Virus record (IMG/VR): IMGVR_UViG_3300030511_000001
Location: 17,634 to 81,633 of that record
From: a virus
Lineage: Duplodnaviria > Caudoviricetes
Reading direction: 5' to 3' (one strand)
Length of the DNA: 64,000 nucleotides
Shown: positions 8,107 to 17,288 of the stretch, piece after piece
How the letters are laid out: every line of letters begins with the position of its first letter
How positions within the stretch are numbered: position 1 is the stretch's first letter
Made by a program: the position numbers and the translations under genes
Notes under the pieces: model-generated
What the model was told of the DNA's origin: nothing
The model's input: the letters and a program-made list of their open reading frames with translations, nothing else
The model's database searches: none

Positions 8107-9902
8107 AAAAGCTGGCGATCGGCGACCCTGAACAGAACGGCGCGACTCTCCCCCTGAAGATGCTCGAGCTCCGAAGCGTGACGCTCGGCAGCTCGGGATC
8201 CGGCAAGACGACCGGCGGCCGCGTGCTCGCCGAGGAGTGTTACGAGCAGGGCGTGCCGTTCGGCGTGATCGACCTCAAAGGCGACTGGTGGGGATTGAAG
8301 TCGAGCGCGGACGGCAAGTCAGCCGGCATCCCGGTCGTCATCTTCGGCGGCGATCATGCGGACCTTCCGCTCGACGAGCGCGGCGGCGCGGCGCTCGCTG
8401 AAATCGTCGTCGACATCCGGCAGCCGTTCATCATCGACCTGGAGAATCTGTCGCGCGCAAAGCAGTGCACGTTCCTCGCTGACTTCTTCGACCGTCTCTA
8501 CGACGTGAACCGCGAACCGCTCGTGCTGTTCTGCGATGAGGTGGACCGATACGCGCCGCAGAAGTCGATGACGGCGGAGGCCATCAAATCGCTCTCGGCG
8601 ACGGAAGACCTTGCGAAGCGCGGCCGCAAGCACGGGATCTTCCCGAAGTTCATCACGCAGCGAAACGCCTCGCTGAACAAGAACGTGGCCGAGCTGTGCG
8701 ACGTGGCGATGGTCTACCGCACCTCCGGGCCGAACGATCAGGAGGCGGTGTCGAATTGGTTCAAGACGAAGGCGACGAAGGACCAGCTCACGAGCGTGAT
8801 GGCCGTCCTCGCCGGCCTCGAGACCGGCACCGCCGTCGTGTGCAGCGCGCATCCGTCCGTGCGCACGTTCGAAACGATCGCGTTCCGCGAGCCCCGCACC
8901 TTCGACTCCTCGGCCACGCCGGAGATCGGCCGCACGGTCATCAAACCGAAGGCGATGGCTTCGGCGGACCTCGACGCGCTGCGCGAGCGCATGGCCGCGA
9001 CGATCGAGCGGATGAAGGAGAACGATCCGAAGGAGCTGCAGCGCCGAGTGAAGGAGCTCGAGGCCGCGGCGAAAAAGGCCGGCGGCATGCCGACCGAACA
9101 GCAGCGCGCTCTCCTCGAGGAAGCCCGCGCCGCCCGCGTGGCGGCTGAGCGAGAAGTTGAGCAGCTACGCGCCAGCATCCGCGACCTGCGCGCGCGACTG
9201 AAGAACATCCGCGCGCACGCGGTGGCAATCGAGGAGGCGTCCGCGCTGGACGGTGAGGAGCCGAAAGCGGCCGCGCCACGCACGTTCTTCCTGAACGAGC
9301 AGCATGAGAGCCGTGGTCGGAAGTCGGCGCCGGCGCCGATCGTCCACAAGATGCCCGCCGCGAAGGTCGTGAAGGCGGCACCGCCGGCGGCGGTCTCGTC
9401 GAACGGTTTCCAGCCGAACGGTTCTCAGCAGCGAGTACTCGACGCGATCGCGTGGTGGGCGTCGATCGGCGTGCCGGAGCCGAGCCGTGCGGCCGTGGGC
9501 TTCGTCGCCAAGATCAAGCCGACCGGCGGCCACTTCAGCAACACCGTTGGACCGCTGAACACGCACGGCCTGACCTTCGCGCCGCGCGACGGCTTCATCG
9601 CGCTCACGCCCGCCGGCGAGGGGCATGCGAATCATCCGGACACGCCGCCGACGCTGGCCGAGTACCACGCCGCCATCCGGTCGATTCTGAAGACGGGCGC
9701 GTCGATCAAGATGTTCGATGCGATCGTCGAGCACGGGCCCGGCGAAATGACCGTGGCCGAGGTGGGCGAGGCCACCAACATCGACCCCACCGGCGGGCAC
9801 TTCAGCAACTCCATCGGCCCGCTCGGCACCCTCGGGATCATCACCCGAGGCGCCGGCATGGTGCGCCCGACCGAGCTGCTGTTCCCGCCGCACCTTTCGT
9901 GA
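8103..9902 (+). CDS. HerA/FtsK-superfamily (DUF87-like) ATPase with coiled coil and tandem C-terminal wHTH repeats
   Basis: Walker A GSSGSGKT, Walker B VLFCDE, RGRKHG and ITQR motifs; repeated PTGGHFSN..GPL. Confidence 0.8.
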   Translation: MKKLAIGDPEQNGATLPLKMLELRSVTLGSSGSGKTTGGRVLAEECYEQGVPFGVIDLKGDWWGLKSSADGKSAGIPVVIFGGDHADLPLDERGGAALAEIVVDIRQPFIIDLENLSRAKQCTFLADFFDRLYDVNREPLVLFCDEVDRYAPQKSMTAEAIKSLSATEDLAKRGRKHGIFPKFITQRNASLNKNVAELCDVAMVYRTSGPNDQEAVSNWFKTKATKDQLTSVMAVLAGLETGTAVVCSAHPSVRTFETIAFREPRTFDSSATPEIGRTVIKPKAMASADLDALRERMAATIERMKENDPKELQRRVKELEAAAKKAGGMPTEQQRALLEEARAARVAAEREVEQLRASIRDLRARLKNIRAHAVAIEEASALDGEEPKAAAPRTFFLNEQHESRGRKSAPAPIVHKMPAAKVVKAAPPAAVSSNGFQPNGSQQRVLDAIAWWASIGVPEPSRAAVGFVAKIKPTGGHFSNTVGPLNTHGLTFAPRDGFIALTPAGEGHANHPDTPPTLAEYHAAIRSILKTGASIKMFDAIVEHGPGEMTVAEVGEATNIDPTGGHFSNSIGPLGTLGIITRGAGMVRPTELLFPPHLS

Positions 9903-9913
9903 AGGCGACCGAC

Positions 9914-10216
9914 ATGACCCATTCCGCAACCTGCATCTCCTGCGAAGCGCCGCTCCCGGGCCCGCATGTCGAGGGCTGCCCGATGTCGCTGTCGACCGGC
10001 GGCGCGAACATCCAACAGCCGCGCAACGTGTACCACGACGCGCAGCAGCGGTATCTCCACGATCCGCAGTTCCACGCAGCGTGCGAGACCATGGTGGCGA
10101 TCGCGCTGCAGGGCGGCTTCACGCCTGGCGAGTTGCGGGACATCGCCTTCACTGCATCGCTGCTGATCGAGCAACGGTATGCGCGGCCGTTTTTCGTGCA
10201 GAGGCGCCCGACGTGA
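9914..10216 (+). CDS. hypothetical protein
   Basis: SD-like GAAGG; CISC motif. Confidence 0.6.
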   Translation: MTHSATCISCEAPLPGPHVEGCPMSLSTGGANIQQPRNVYHDAQQRYLHDPQFHAACETMVAIALQGGFTPGELRDIAFTASLLIEQRYARPFFVQRRPT

Positions 10217-10494
10217 ACGGCATGATGCCGAAAGAACGGCTGGACCTCATACGTGCCCACGAAGGCGACTACGGGCCCGTCCGCGAACTGCTCGACTACA
10301 TCGACACGCTGCACAAGCGGCAGACGGCGCTCCACCGCCGGCTACAGAAGGCCGAGGGCGCCGCCGCGCGCGCGCAACGCAAGCCGATCGACACGTGGAG
10401 CTCGCGCGAGCGGCAGCAGGAGGCGGCAGAGCGCGATCGCGGTATGGCAGCCATCGGAAAGGCTGCCGCCCGCGAGAGGGAGCGCGACACGTGA
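10213..10494 (+). CDS. hypothetical coiled-coil protein
   Basis: GTGA overlap. Confidence 0.6.
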   Translation: MNGMMPKERLDLIRAHEGDYGPVRELLDYIDTLHKRQTALHRRLQKAEGAAARAQRKPIDTWSSRERQQEAAERDRGMAAIGKAAARERERDT

Positions 10495-10958
10495 GCCGAT
10501 CGCCACGCCGCAAGGCGCTGAAGGCGCTGCGCCTCGAGCGAAAGCAGGTCCGCCGCGAGGGTGACGCATACCGCGCGCAGCTCCTCCGCCAGATGAACGA
10601 CTGGCTCGAGATGCACATGGCGGAGCTCCGCGAGGTGCGCGAGACGTTCGCGCCTCAATTGGAACGGCTCATCTCCGTTCGGATCGGCATGCCGCACAAG
10701 GTCGCGGTGCCGCACACCATCCCCAGGCATCGCGGGATCGACTCGGCGCCGGCAGTCGCGGAGGTGTTCAGCACGTATGACCTCGACACCCGCGAACTGC
10801 TGCGCCTCTGTATCGACATGCCGCGCGAGCTGATTCTCTACCTGTTCAACAAAGACGCTGAGTCCTGGCGCATCGCCGAACGCGAGCTGCAGCACGCCGC
10901 GACAAGGCTCGTGCGCGAACTGATGAAGATGGCCTTCACTGGGAGACTCGAGCAATGA
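10491..10958 (+). CDS. hypothetical protein
   Basis: GTGA overlap. Confidence 0.6.
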   Translation: MSRSPRRKALKALRLERKQVRREGDAYRAQLLRQMNDWLEMHMAELREVRETFAPQLERLISVRIGMPHKVAVPHTIPRHRGIDSAPAVAEVFSTYDLDTRELLRLCIDMPRELILYLFNKDAESWRIAERELQHAATRLVRELMKMAFTGRLEQ

Positions 10959-11119
10959 AACCCCTGCACATCACAAAGATCGATCACGAGCACCGCGCCG
11001 ATCCACGCATCCGCGGCATGTGCATCGGCTGCGAATGGCGAGGCCCGTGGCGCCGGTCGGCCGCCAAGGTCGACGAGGACCGGAAGCGCCACCACGACGA
11101 GATCACGGCGGCCACGTGA
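10955..11119 (+). CDS. small Zn-binding protein (54 aa, below the ORF-track cutoff)
   Basis: MKPLHITK...CIGCEWRGP...HH; coupled at both ends. Confidence 0.6.
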   Translation: MKPLHITKIDHEHRADPRIRGMCIGCEWRGPWRRSAAKVDEDRKRHHDEITAAT

Positions 11120-11472
11120 TGAGCGATCCGACGACCGAACGCCGTTGCGACGACTGCTCGCAATGCGAGGGTGCGCGCATCCACCGCGACACCACGCTCC
11201 GGCACTTTCACCTCTTCTCGATTCCGCTGATGGAGCGGCCCGCGAGCGACTTTCCCGAGGGGTGGCCGCCGGGTTTTGAAGCGGTGATGTGTCCTCCTCG
11301 CCGGCACCTCGTGCAGACGGTCGTCGGCCAGCGCGCCGGCAAGCGCCGCGACGCCGAAGCCGCGCAGAAGGCGCACGAGCACGACATGGAGCTCATCAGG
11401 CGCCAGGCGTGGAAATGGGTGCAGGAGGAAGAGCAGCGAGAAGCCCAAGGCGACGCGCCGCTCGCGGACTGA
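11119..11472 (+). CDS. hypothetical protein
   Basis: TGATG coupling; CDDC motif. Confidence 0.6.
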   Translation: MSDPTTERRCDDCSQCEGARIHRDTTLRHFHLFSIPLMERPASDFPEGWPPGFEAVMCPPRRHLVQTVVGQRAGKRRDAEAAQKAHEHDMELIRRQAWKWVQEEEQREAQGDAPLAD

Positions 11473-11738
11473 TGGCGATCCGCACGCTGACCTTCGTGGC
11501 GATGAACAGCTTCGCCGTCTGGTGCGACACGTGCGCGGACGCGATCCCTTTCAGCGCGTTCGACGACGTCGAGGTGATGAAGTCCGCGCTGCGCGTTCAC
11601 GCGGCCGACGAGCACGGGCAAGACGTCGGCTTCTTCCGCGCGATCGCGCCAGGCGCAGACGCCGCCGAACTGCGCATCGAATTCGTCTGCGGTTCCCGTC
11701 GTCTGCGGCGGGCGTACCATAGGCGAAATGAACAGTGA
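11472..11738 (+). CDS. hypothetical protein
   Basis: TGATG coupling; WCDTC motif. Confidence 0.55.
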   Translation: MAIRTLTFVAMNSFAVWCDTCADAIPFSAFDDVEVMKSALRVHAADEHGQDVGFFRAIAPGADAAELRIEFVCGSRRLRRAYHRRNEQ

Positions 11739-11994
11739 GGAATCGCGCCGCGCGGCCAACGCCGCGATCGCTGCCGGTTCGGATGAGGAAGTCGACGCAG
11801 TCGTCGGCGGCGTCGTCCGGGGCGTGCGCGAGTTCGTCGCGCTCATTCGTTGCGGCCGCCGTGACTGCACGTACGCCGGCGAGCACATGATGCCGCTGCG
11901 CGATCGCATCCACGCAAGCGAGTGGATCGGGATGGCTGTGCTCCTGCATCCGACGACGCCGAACCTCCGCGTCGAGCTGCGCCGGTTGACGTAG
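11728..11994 (+). CDS. hypothetical protein
   Basis: 88-aa ORF in the operon. Confidence 0.55.
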   Translation: MNSEESRRAANAAIAAGSDEEVDAVVGGVVRGVREFVALIRCGRRDCTYAGEHMMPLRDRIHASEWIGMAVLLHPTTPNLRVELRRLT

Positions 11995-12013
11995 ATTCGT
12001 CATTGCGTATAAT
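11986..12013 (+). promoter_or_regulatory. strong sigma70 promoter overlapping a class II motif
   Basis: TTGACG-16-TATAAT; ATTCGTCATTGCGTATAAT. Confidence 0.8.
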
Positions 12014-12121
12014 GGCCCGCGCCGGCCCGGCTTCCCGCAAAGGTGGCGCGTTCCCGTTGCAAGACGCAGCGCGCAAAGCTGGCGCCGAACCCGAGGCCGG
12101 CGCAAAATCGAAGGAGGAACG

Positions 12122-12670
12122 ATGGAACCGACGACCACCACCATCACCGAGGCGCTGGCCGAGGTGAAGCTGATCGGAAAGAAGATCGGCAAGAAACAGG
12201 AGTTCATCCTCACCTATCTGCTGCGCGGCGCGATGGTGAAAGACCCGCTCGAGAAGGACGGCGGTTCCGAGACGATCGTCGCTCGCGAGATGCAGGCGAT
12301 TCGTGACCTCGAGGAGCGCGTCGTGAAGATTCGCACGGCGATCGCGCACGCGAACGCCACCGCGCAGCTCACGATCGGGACGACCACGCGCACCGTGTCG
12401 GAGTGGCTGACCTGGCGCCGCGACGTCGCGCCGATCGAGAAGAAGCTCCTCGGCGACATCGTGGCCCGCGTCAACGCCGCGCGTGAACAGGCGCGCCGCG
12501 CCACCGGGAAGCTCACGAGCGACGCCGCGGCGGCCGAACCGTCCGACATCCTCGTGAACCTCAGCGAAGTCGAGATCCAGACCCGCGTGGAGGCGATCGA
12601 GGAAGTGCTCGGCCGTCTCGACGGGTTGCTCTCCCTGCACAACGCTCGCACCACCATCACGCTCAACTAG
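12122..12670 (+). CDS. helical coiled-coil protein, DIP1984-family-like
   Basis: TITEALAEVKLIGKKI...KIRTAIAHAN...EWLTWRR...LDGLLSLHNA; family recalled from the pattern, not searched; SD AAGGAGG. Confidence 0.6.
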   Translation: MEPTTTTITEALAEVKLIGKKIGKKQEFILTYLLRGAMVKDPLEKDGGSETIVAREMQAIRDLEERVVKIRTAIAHANATAQLTIGTTTRTVSEWLTWRRDVAPIEKKLLGDIVARVNAAREQARRATGKLTSDAAAAEPSDILVNLSEVEIQTRVEAIEEVLGRLDGLLSLHNARTTITLN

Positions 12671-12678
12671 CTCAGGAT

Positions 12679-12956
12679 TGCCTTCGGCGGCGAAGTGAGA
12701 GAACGACAGCGGATCAAGGCGCCCTCGCCTTTCTCGGTCAGGGGGCACATGCTTGCGGAGCATGCGCAGCGGTTCAAACCCGCACGAGCTAACACGCTCA
12801 ACGCTCAGAAGTTGAAAGGTACGAACGATGACAAGCTCAGTGCTCATGCTTCAAAGCTCGGTAAAACCCGCCATTTGACTGGCCGCGGCGGAAACGTCGC
12901 GGAGGCGCCCACCGTTGCCGGCGCCTTCTCAGGTCGGCGGCTGCTGTTCGGAGGCA
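12679..12956 (+). ncRNA. candidate ~280-nt structured ncRNA
   Basis: 5' and 3' ends pair over ~14 bp; GAAA tetraloop hairpin, T-loop-like hairpin, GCTCA repeats; no credible ORF. Confidence 0.65.
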
Positions 12957-12960
12957 TGTT

Positions 12961-13833
12961 TTGAGCGGGCGCGTCCTCGAGATGCGCACAAACGCGGAGG
13001 GCGGCGTCCGGATCATTGAGGATGCGAGCGTCGGCCCGCCGGATGTGGAGGATGTCGTACGCCGGTACGGCATCCGCCCGACATCCATGGCGGTCTACTA
13101 CGACGGCTCGGGCATCGCCAAAACAGAGCTGCACTTCGATCCGCCGGCGAGGCCGTTCACGCCCACGATCCCCGGACGCTTTCAACCGCCGATCGGCCCG
13201 TCTCTCGCCGAGGCGATGGAGAACTTCGGCTCCGGAGTGCTCAACGGGTTGCGCACGCAGCTCCGCAACGAACGGATGATCCGCAAGGCGTACGAGATGG
13301 GCGCGACCGTGCGATCGAACGCGAAGCCCGAGCAGTGGACGTGCGGCCGCTGCGTGCTCGACTGGCCCGACGAGTCGCCGGTCTGTCTGATGTGCGGCAA
13401 CACCGCGGTTGCGCGGCATGTCCCGCCGCAGTCGATCCGTATCCCCGCGCTTCCGCCAATGGGTGAGACGCGCGCCGTGCGCGTCGCGATCGACGGGAAA
13501 GTCGTGGGCGAGGTGCCGGTCGGCTCCTTTCTGGTGCTGAACGAAGGACCGACGCACGAACTGTCCGGCGTCACGATCGGCCACGGGTACGAGCTCGAGG
13601 CCGAGGAAGTCGCGCCGGCGCCGGTCTACGGCTTCGGCGTCTCGCCGGACGGTCTCACCGTGGATCCCGCACCGTTCGGAGCGTTGCCCGCGCCGCTGGC
13701 GAAGGCGAAGCCCGAGACGTGGGCCGAGAGTTACGAGACCATGTTCCGCATGCTCGGCAACGCTCGCGCCCTCGAGGCCATGGGCGTGCCGGAACCTTCA
13801 CGCCCGTACCGACACACCTTCCGAGTGAGGTAG
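12961..13833 (+). CDS. hypothetical protein with Zn ribbon
   Basis: TTG start after GGAGG; WTCGRC...CLMC. Confidence 0.6.
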   Translation: MSGRVLEMRTNAEGGVRIIEDASVGPPDVEDVVRRYGIRPTSMAVYYDGSGIAKTELHFDPPARPFTPTIPGRFQPPIGPSLAEAMENFGSGVLNGLRTQLRNERMIRKAYEMGATVRSNAKPEQWTCGRCVLDWPDESPVCLMCGNTAVARHVPPQSIRIPALPPMGETRAVRVAIDGKVVGEVPVGSFLVLNEGPTHELSGVTIGHGYELEAEEVAPAPVYGFGVSPDGLTVDPAPFGALPAPLAKAKPETWAESYETMFRMLGNARALEAMGVPEPSRPYRHTFRVR

Positions 13834-13836
13834 CGC

Positions 13837-14187
13837 ATGCCGCTCGTCCGCGAGTTCGTCGTCACCCGCGACGCCGACAACCGAGTCACCGAATTGCTCG
13901 TGCGCTTCTACGGTGGCGGCGAAATCACCATTCCCACCACCGGCACGGCCGTCACCATGGGCCGGCTGTTCGCGAAGCCGCGCACGCTCGTCGACGTCGT
14001 GGCCTCGTTCCCGGCGGACGCACCGGACATCTCCGACGTCACGCTCACGGCGCTCTGCAGGTTTTGCCACCGGCCCGTGACCATCGGCGCGGACGTCACG
14101 AGCGTCGTCAATTCGCCGGTGTACTGCGCGCGGCCCGACTGCAAAGAGCTCGGGGAAGAGCTGGCGCGGCAGGCGGTCGCGGGGTGA
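13837..14187 (+). CDS. hypothetical Zn-finger protein
   Basis: SD GAGG; CRFC...C..PDC. Confidence 0.65.
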   Translation: MPLVREFVVTRDADNRVTELLVRFYGGGEITIPTTGTAVTMGRLFAKPRTLVDVVASFPADAPDISDVTLTALCRFCHRPVTIGADVTSVVNSPVYCARPDCKELGEELARQAVAG

Positions 14188-14192
14188 TCCGG

Positions 14193-14423
14193 ATGGACGA
14201 TCGGCGCCTCTGCTCGCTCGCGCTGTGGCTCTACCACCTCGGCCTTGCGTGCTTGACGTGGGTGACGGGCTTCATGGCGATCGTCGCCGTGTCCGCGCTC
14301 TGGCGCGGTGGTGATGGCCCGATCGGCACGGGGCTCGTCGTCGTGGCGTGGCTCGTGACCGTCCTTCCGGCCTGGCGTGAGGTGATCGCTCTCCGGCGCG
14401 ACCTGTTCAGGGCTCGGTCATGA
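14193..14423 (+). CDS. small two-TM membrane protein (holin candidate)
   Basis: Two hydrophobic helices; basic C-terminus. Confidence 0.5.
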   Translation: MDDRRLCSLALWLYHLGLACLTWVTGFMAIVAVSALWRGGDGPIGTGLVVVAWLVTVLPAWREVIALRRDLFRARS

Positions 14424-14803
14424 GGGAGAAGAAGGGAGGCGACGGCCCCCTGACGCCGCCCGCGCGCCCTCACCGTAAATACGGTGCGAATTCGGTGACG
14501 GTGTTCCATCGGGATCGTCGGCAGCGTCGAGAGCTGATCTTCGACGAGGCGAAGTCGATCCCGGCCGAAGTCGTTGAGCGCGTGCGACATAACCTCGACG
14601 GAGGGGCAGAGCAGACGTGGAAGCCGCTCGGGCCGCGGCGGGGCGATGACTGGTTTGCTCGAGCGTTCGGCATGACGCCACCGCCAGCGGAGGGCCGCTG
14701 CCGCTACTGCGGGCGCTTCATGGCGCGCGACGAGGTGTATCCGCCGGAGTTCCCGCGGGAGTGCCCGCGCGCGCCGCTCGGCCGCTGCGTCGCCACCAAC
14801 TGA
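14420..14803 (+). CDS. hypothetical protein
   Basis: ATGA overlap; CRYC motif. Confidence 0.6.
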   Translation: MREKKGGDGPLTPPARPHRKYGANSVTVFHRDRRQRRELIFDEAKSIPAEVVERVRHNLDGGAEQTWKPLGPRRGDDWFARAFGMTPPPAEGRCRYCGRFMARDEVYPPEFPRECPRAPLGRCVATN

Positions 14804-14839
14804 CCGCCACTTTTCGCCGGCGCCAGTGTCTTCTAGAGC

Positions 14840-15058
14840 ATGGCAAAACCGACGAAAGAAACTGCCCCTCTGCCCACCGTCCGCCGTCGCCGCGAGGTTC
14901 AGGACCGCGGGATGAGCGACCTGGAACGGAAGCGCCGCCGTGAGCACGCGCGCCGCGAGCTGAGAGACCATCAGCAGACGTGCGCGACGTGCAGCCCGCG
15001 CAAGCCGTGCAGCATCGCCCTCGCGCACGCGGACGCGATCGACCGCTACCGGGACTGA
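14840..15058 (+). CDS. small basic Zn-binding protein
   Basis: H...CATC...C..A.AH. Confidence 0.6.
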   Translation: MAKPTKETAPLPTVRRRREVQDRGMSDLERKRRREHARRELRDHQQTCATCSPRKPCSIALAHADAIDRYRD

Positions 15059-15079
15059 CCTTCCGCCGCTGTAGTCGCT

Positions 15080-15119
15080 GGCCCGCCGGGATTGGAGACC
15101 TCGGCGGGCCGTTCGTTTT
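15080..15119 (+). terminator. intrinsic terminator
   Basis: GGCCCGCCG/CGGCGGGCC stem followed by GTTCGTTTT. Confidence 0.6.
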
Positions 15120-15124
15120 GCCCC

Positions 15125-15153
15125 TTGACAATGCTTACCGGTTAGCATACATT
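15125..15153 (+). promoter_or_regulatory. class I promoter/operator
   Basis: TTGACA-ATGCTTACCGGTTAGCA-TACATT. Confidence 0.85.
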
Positions 15154-15159
15154 GTGAGC

Positions 15160-15519
15160 ATGGAAACGACGAACGCAGTAGCGCAGCCCTCCTCCCACGC
15201 CATCCCGACCGCTCCCGTGCGCATCGTGAAGCGTTGCGCGTCCACCATCGCGGTCGGCGATCAGATCATGCCGCCGGCGCGCGAACTGCGCCTCTGGCTC
15301 CGCCGCAATCTCGCCGAGAAGGGCATGACCGAGGCCGAGGCCATCATGACCGTGACGGAGGTGAAGCAAGGCGCCCCGGACAAGCGCGGCCCGTGGCTCC
15401 TCGTCACGGCCTTCATGCCCGATGCGTGGTATGCCGAGTGCCCGAGCGGCCCGTACCCGTGGACGTTCCACATCCGCCCTGACACGCTGTGGCCGGTGGT
15501 CGTCGGAGGTGCGCGGTGA
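15160..15519 (+). CDS. hypothetical early protein, leaderless
   Basis: METTNA start 6 nt after the -10 box. Confidence 0.7.
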   Translation: METTNAVAQPSSHAIPTAPVRIVKRCASTIAVGDQIMPPARELRLWLRRNLAEKGMTEAEAIMTVTEVKQGAPDKRGPWLLVTAFMPDAWYAECPSGPYPWTFHIRPDTLWPVVVGGAR

Positions 15520-15662
15520 ACGCGCCGAAGATGGTCCCCGTCTACCGCGGCAAGCGCGCGCGAACGCTCGTCGGACACCTGCTGATGTTCTGGTGCAACT
15601 CGGCGGGCCGGTACGTGAGCATTCCGGGCGCCTCCTACTTCGTGCCGGCGGTGCAGCAGTGA
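15516..15662 (+). CDS. small hypothetical protein (48 aa)
   Basis: GTGA coupling at both ends; SD GGAGG. Confidence 0.5.
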   Translation: MNAPKMVPVYRGKRARTLVGHLLMFWCNSAGRYVSIPGASYFVPAVQQ

Positions 15663-15865
15663 GCGCCCCGAAGCACGTTCGCACGCACCGCTTCGACGCC
15701 GACACGCTCTACGTGCAGGACACGGGGATCATCAAGTGCGGCGCCCACGTCGGAACGGAAGCCACGTACACGCCCGAGCGGTGGGACGCCCTGACGTCCG
15801 CCGAGATCGAGAAGATGGAGCTCGCGTGCGAGGACACGCGCTGCGCTAGGAAGGAACGGAGCTGA
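15659..15865 (+). CDS. hypothetical protein
   Basis: GTGA overlap. Confidence 0.55.
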   Translation: MSAPKHVRTHRFDADTLYVQDTGIIKCGAHVGTEATYTPERWDALTSAEIEKMELACEDTRCARKERS

Positions 15866-15867
15866 CC

Positions 15868-16146
15868 ATGAACCTCTACGCGCCCAACGGCAAGATCATC
15901 AACGGCACGCTCGAGCGTCTTGAAGGCGTCGCCATCATCGACGAAGTCGTGACGCTCGGCGACGGGCCCCTCCTCCCCGCCGACGCGATCAAGTGGGAAG
16001 GCATAACGGAGATCGACTGGGACTCGCAGAAGACGGCGACGGCGCAGGAGTCCGGCCGCATTTTCGTCGACGAGGAGGGCGGACGCTGGCCCGAGTCAGC
16101 GGTCGTCCGTGCTACGCGCGAGCGCATCGCAGGAGGCCACCAGTGA
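15868..16146 (+). CDS. hypothetical phage protein
   Basis: SD GGAG; MNLYAPNGKIINGTLE. Confidence 0.65.
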   Translation: MNLYAPNGKIINGTLERLEGVAIIDEVVTLGDGPLLPADAIKWEGITEIDWDSQKTATAQESGRIFVDEEGGRWPESAVVRATRERIAGGHQ

Positions 16147-16490
16147 AGGAGTTCAGCGTCCCCGTCATCTTCACCGTCGACCGCGGCGTCGAGCACCAGG
16201 ACGAGGCGAACCGCCGCGTCATCGCCGCCCTCGGCGCCACCATCGGCAACGGCCTGGCCGACGACGACGGCATCGACTGGCGCGTCGCGAAAAGCGTCTC
16301 CATGGAGGGTGATGGCGTCCTTGTCGCCAAGGTCACGACGCCGGCGGAACTGATCGAAGCGTTGGACGGCCTGCACACGCTCGCACTCGACAAGCTGCCG
16401 GACACGGTCGTTGCGCCGTTCGTCGATCTGCTCGAGCGCACGATCCGCGAAGCGTTGCAACTCGCGGCGATCAAGAGGCCGACGTCATGA
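16143..16490 (+). CDS. hypothetical protein
   Basis: GTGA overlap; SD GGAGG. Confidence 0.6.
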   Translation: MKEFSVPVIFTVDRGVEHQDEANRRVIAALGATIGNGLADDDGIDWRVAKSVSMEGDGVLVAKVTTPAELIEALDGLHTLALDKLPDTVVAPFVDLLERTIREALQLAAIKRPTS

Positions 16491-16750
16491 GCGACCCGCG
16501 CAACCCGAAGCGACCGGAAGGCCCGGAGGGCGACTCCTGGGCCATTTGCCGCGGCTGCATGCGCGGCGCACCGCACGTGCGCGACATCCGCCACAAAAAG
16601 CATTGCCGCGGCCGCGCTCTGCCAGAGCTCACGGTGTTCACGGTCGACGACGTCGACATGCCCGACGCGCTGAAGCCCGAGCACGCGCTGAAGCCCGACA
16701 CGCTGCGCCGCATCGCCGAGGGCATCCGCCGATACAGGGGGCGTCTCTGA
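16487..16750 (+). CDS. hypothetical protein
   Basis: ATGA overlap; CRGC..H...C. Confidence 0.6.
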   Translation: MSDPRNPKRPEGPEGDSWAICRGCMRGAPHVRDIRHKKHCRGRALPELTVFTVDDVDMPDALKPEHALKPDTLRRIAEGIRRYRGRL

Positions 16751-16974
16751 TGCTGCCGCCGCTCCGCGATCTCATCGCCGGCGCCGTCGAGGACGCAGCG
16801 CGCTACCGGCAGCATGCGAAGGCCGCGCGACAGCTCGCGCGCACCACGCGCAACCCCGTCGAGCGGATCATGGCGCGCGGCCGTGTCGCCGAGTACGTGG
16901 CCGAGGCGAAGAAGCGCGACGCCTACGCCGCGGAGCTGCGTGCGCAGGCCGGGAAGGGAAAGGCGAGGCGGTGA
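16750..16974 (+). CDS. hypothetical protein
   Basis: TGATG coupling. Confidence 0.55.
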   Translation: MLPPLRDLIAGAVEDAARYRQHAKAARQLARTTRNPVERIMARGRVAEYVAEAKKRDAYAAELRAQAGKGKARR

Positions 16975-17288
16975 GCGGCGGTCAGCTCGAGCTGCAGTTT
17001 CACAAACGGCCGAAGCGCGTTCGCGGCGCGAAGCCGCTCGCGAAGGGCGCCCGAATGCGCATCATCGAAACGCCCGACATGACGTCGTGGTCGCGCGCGG
17101 ACGTCGGCGTCGTCGGGACGATCGGCGATCCCTACCCGATGAAGGACCGCTATGGCCGCCGCGGCGCGCGCGACGTCATCGGCTACTACTACTTTTTCCC
17201 CGACGACGGGCAGAAGCCGTGGAGGCACAGCGACGAGCCGATCGCCGTCACATCGTTGCAGGTCGAACCGGTGGAGATCGAGCCGTGA
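16971..17288 (+). CDS. hypothetical protein
   Basis: GTGA overlap. Confidence 0.6.
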   Translation: MSGGQLELQFHKRPKRVRGAKPLAKGARMRIIETPDMTSWSRADVGVVGTIGDPYPMKDRYGRRGARDVIGYYYFFPDDGQKPWRHSDEPIAVTSLQVEPVEIEP

